From assembly GCA_964016885.1 (NCBI GenBank), contig OZ024754.1, positions 19,344,001 through 19,408,000 of the forward strand: 64,000 bases of DNA, read 5' to 3'. This document shows, one piece after another, positions 61,021-64,000 of this stretch. The position numbers and the translations under genes are program-made. This DNA is from Eledone cirrhosa (Eukaryota). The notes under the pieces are model-generated. The model was not told the DNA's origin. It ran no database searches and was given only the letters and a program-made list of their open reading frames with translations. Position 1 is the stretch's first letter. Every line of letters begins with the position of its first letter.

Positions 61021-64000
61021 TATATCTGTGGCTAAAATGAATCTTCCATGATATAGTTACTTTAGTTTCAACACAATCTCAGATCAAGTCACTTGCCAGA
61101 CATGTACAACTGTGTCTAAAATGATTCTTCCATGATATAGTTACTTTAGTTTCAACACAGTCTCAGATCAATTCACTTACCAGACATGTACAACTGTAGC
61201 TAAAATGAATCTTCCATGATATAGTACTTTAGTTTCAACACAGTCTCAGATCAAGTCACTTGCCAGACATGTACAACTGTGGCTAAAATGACTCTTCCAT
61301 GATATAGTTACTTTAGTTTCAACACAATCTCAGATCAAGTCACTTGCCAGACATGTACAACTGTGTCTAAAATGATTCTTCCATGATATAGTTACTTTAG
61401 TTTCAACACAGTCTCAGATCAATTCACTTACCAGACATGTACAACTGTAGCTAAAATGAATGTTCCATGATATAGTACTTTAGTTTCAACACAGTCTCAG
61501 ATCAAGTCACTTGCCAGACATGTACAACTGTGGCTAAAATGACTCTTCCATGATATAGTTACTTTAGTTTCAACACAGTTTTAGATCACGTCACTTGCTA
61601 GACATGTAGAACTGTGACTAAAATGACTCTTCCATGATATAGTTACTTTAGTTTAAACACAGTCTCAGATCAAGTCACTTGCCAGACATGTACAACTGTG
61701 GCTAAAATGACTCTTCCATTATATAGTTACTTTAGTTTCAACACAATCTCAGATCAAGTCACTTTCAAGGCATGTACAACTGTGGCTGAAATGACTCTTC
61801 CATTATATAGTTACATTACTTTCAACACAGTCACAGATCAAGGCACTTTCCAGGCATGTACAACTGTGGCTGAAATGACTCTTCCATTATATAGTTACTT
61901 TAGTTTCAACACGGTCTCAGATCAAGTCACTTGCCAGACATGTACAACTGTGGCTAAAATGACTCTTCCATGATATAGTTACTTTAGTTTCAACACAATC
62001 TCAGATCAAGTCACTTGCCAGACATTTACAACTGTGGCCAAAATGACTCTTCCATGATATAGTTACTTTAGTTTCAACACAGTCTCAGATCAAGTCACTT
62101 TCCAGACATATACAACTGTGGCTAAAATGAATCTTCCATGATATAGTTACTTTAGTTTCAATACAGTCTCGAATCAAGTCACTTGCCAGACATGTACAAC
62201 TGTGGCTAAAATGACTCTTCCATGATATAGTTACTTTAGTTTCAACACAATCTCAGATCATGTCACTTGCCAGACACGTACAACTCTGGCTAAAATAACT
62301 CTTCCATGATATAGTTACTTTAGTTTCAACACAGTCCCAGATCAAGTCACTTTCCAGGCATGTACAACTGTGGCTGTAATGACTCTTCCATGATATAGTT
62401 ACTTTAGTTTCAACACAGTCACAGATCAAGTCACTTGCCAGACATGTACAAGTTTAGCTAAAATGACTCTTCAATGATATAGTTACTTTAGTTTCAACAC
62501 AATCTCAGATCAAGTCACTTGCCAGACATGTACAACTGTAGCTAAAATGAATCTTCCATGATATAGTACTTTAGTTTCAACACAGTCTCAGATCAAGTCA
62601 CTTGCCAGACACGTATAACTGTGGCTGAAATGACTCTTCCATTATATAGTTACTTTAGTTTCAACACAATCCCAGATCAAGTCACTTGCCAGACATATGC
62701 TACTGTGGCTAAAATGACTCTTCCATGATATAGTTACTTTAGTTTCAACACAGTCACAGATAAAGACACTTACCAGACATGTACAACTGTAGCTAAAATG
62801 ACTCTTCCATGATATAGTTACTTTAGTTTCAACACAGTCTCAGATCAAGTGACTTGCCAGACATGTACAACTGTGGCTAAAATGACACTACCATGATATA
62901 GTTACTTTAGTTTCAACACAATCTCAGATCAAGTCACTTGCCAGACATGTACAACTGTAGCTAAAATGAATCTTCCATGATATAGTACTTTAGTTTCAAC
63001 ACAGTCTCAGATCATGTCACTTGCCAGACATGTATAACTGTGGCTAAAATGAATCTTCCATGATATAGTTACTTTAGTTTCAACACAATCTCAGATCAAG
63101 TCACTTGCCAGACATGTACAACTGTGTCTAAAATGATTCTTCCATGATATAGTTACTTTAGTTTCAACACAGTCTCAGATCAATTCACTTACCAGACATG
63201 TACAACTGTAGCTAAAATGAATCTTCCATGATATAGTACTTTAGTTTCAACACAGTCTCAGATCAAGTCACTTGCCAGACATGTACAACTGTGGCTAAAA
63301 TGACTCTTCCATGATATAGTTACTTTAGTTTCAACACAGTCTTACATCACGTCACTTGCCAGACATGTAGAACTGTGACTAAAATGACTCTTCCATGATA
63401 TAGTTACTTTAGTTTAAACACAGTCTCAGATCAAGTTACTTGCCAGACATGTACAACTGTGGCTAAAATGACTCTTCCATTATATAGTTACTTTAGTTTC
63501 AACACAATCTCAGATCAAGTCACTTTCAAGGTATGTACAACTGTGGCTGAAATGACTCTTCCATTATATAGTTACATTACTTTCAACACAGTCACAGATC
63601 AAGTCACTTGCCAGACATGTACAAGTTTAGCTAAAATGACCTTCAATGATATAGTTACTTTAGTTTCAACACAACCTCAGATCATGTCACTTGCCAGACA
63701 TCTACAACTGTGGCTAAAATGAGACTACCATGATATAGTTACTTTAGTTTCAACACAGTCTCAGATCAAGTCACTTGCCAGACATGTACAACTGTGGCTA
63801 AAATGACTCTTTCATGATATAGTCACTTTAGTTTCAACACAGTCTTAGATCAGGTCACTTGACAGACATGTACAACTGTGGCTAAAATAACTCTTCCATG
63901 ATATAGTTACTTTAGTTTCAACACAGCCTCAGATAAAGTCACTTGCCAGACATGTACAACTGTGGCTAAAATGACTCTTCCATGATATAGTTACTTTAGT

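Larger units (their letters stand above)
1..64000. repeat. 84-bp tandem satellite DNA array, about 762 head-to-tail monomers, running off both window ends
   Basis: The motif aagtcacttg..acatgtacaactgtggctaaaatgactcttccatgatatagttactttagtttcaacacagtctcagatc recurs every 84 bp (83 bp in 1-bp-deletion variants) from base 1 to 64000. Most copies differ from the consensus by 0-5 substitutions. No non-satellite sequence was seen. Confidence 0.99.

Noticed and set aside
2462-63722. 25 short ORFs (63-91 aa, MAEMTLPLYSY.. and MAKMT..) as protein-coding genes
   Set aside because: They are 2-3 satellite monomers read through where TGA is mutated to TTA. They start at a GTG present in almost every monomer, have no unique flanks or gene context, and show no recognisable domain.
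63459-63722. ORF with a different C-terminus (..FNDIVTLVSTQPQIMSLARHLQLWLK) suggesting new sequence
   Set aside because: A 1-bp deletion near 63640 shifts translation into another frame of the same satellite monomer.
1-64000. CRISPR array or other repeat-spacer system
   Set aside because: There are no unique spacers: all 84 positions are conserved with only scattered substitutions. No leader or cas genes are present.
1-64000. Functional tandem C2H2 zinc-finger (PRDM9 or KRAB-ZNF-like) exon
   Set aside because: The consensus has in-frame stops, frameshifting 83-bp units are frequent, and there is no His pair or TGEKP linker. It is kept only as a weak ancestry hypothesis.

Overview
The whole 64-kb window is one uninterrupted, head-to-tail tandem satellite array of an 84-bp monomer, about 762 copies, all in the same orientation. 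The consensus is AAGTCACTTGCCAGACATGTACAACTGTGGCTAAAATGACTCTTCCATGATATAGTTACTTTAGTTTCAACACAGTCTCAGATC (exact copy at 1008-1091; 38% GC; no CpG). I see no genes, RNA genes, transposon insertions, CRISPR spacers or unique sequence. The 25 ORFs in the track are artefacts of a monomer variant in which the single in-frame TGA becomes TTA. The real structure is a mosaic of nested, near-identical block duplications or local higher-order repeats (5-, 14-, 15-, 16-, 18-, 33-, 34-, 44-, ~58-60-, 63-, 71- and 144-monomer offsets), a left-to-right turnover of diagnostic variants, and dyad symmetry inside the monomer. This architecture is typical of eukaryotic (peri)centromeric or heterochromatic satellite DNA, but organism and function cannot be determined from the sequence alone. 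All alignments were done by eye, so block boundaries are approximate (about one monomer either way).
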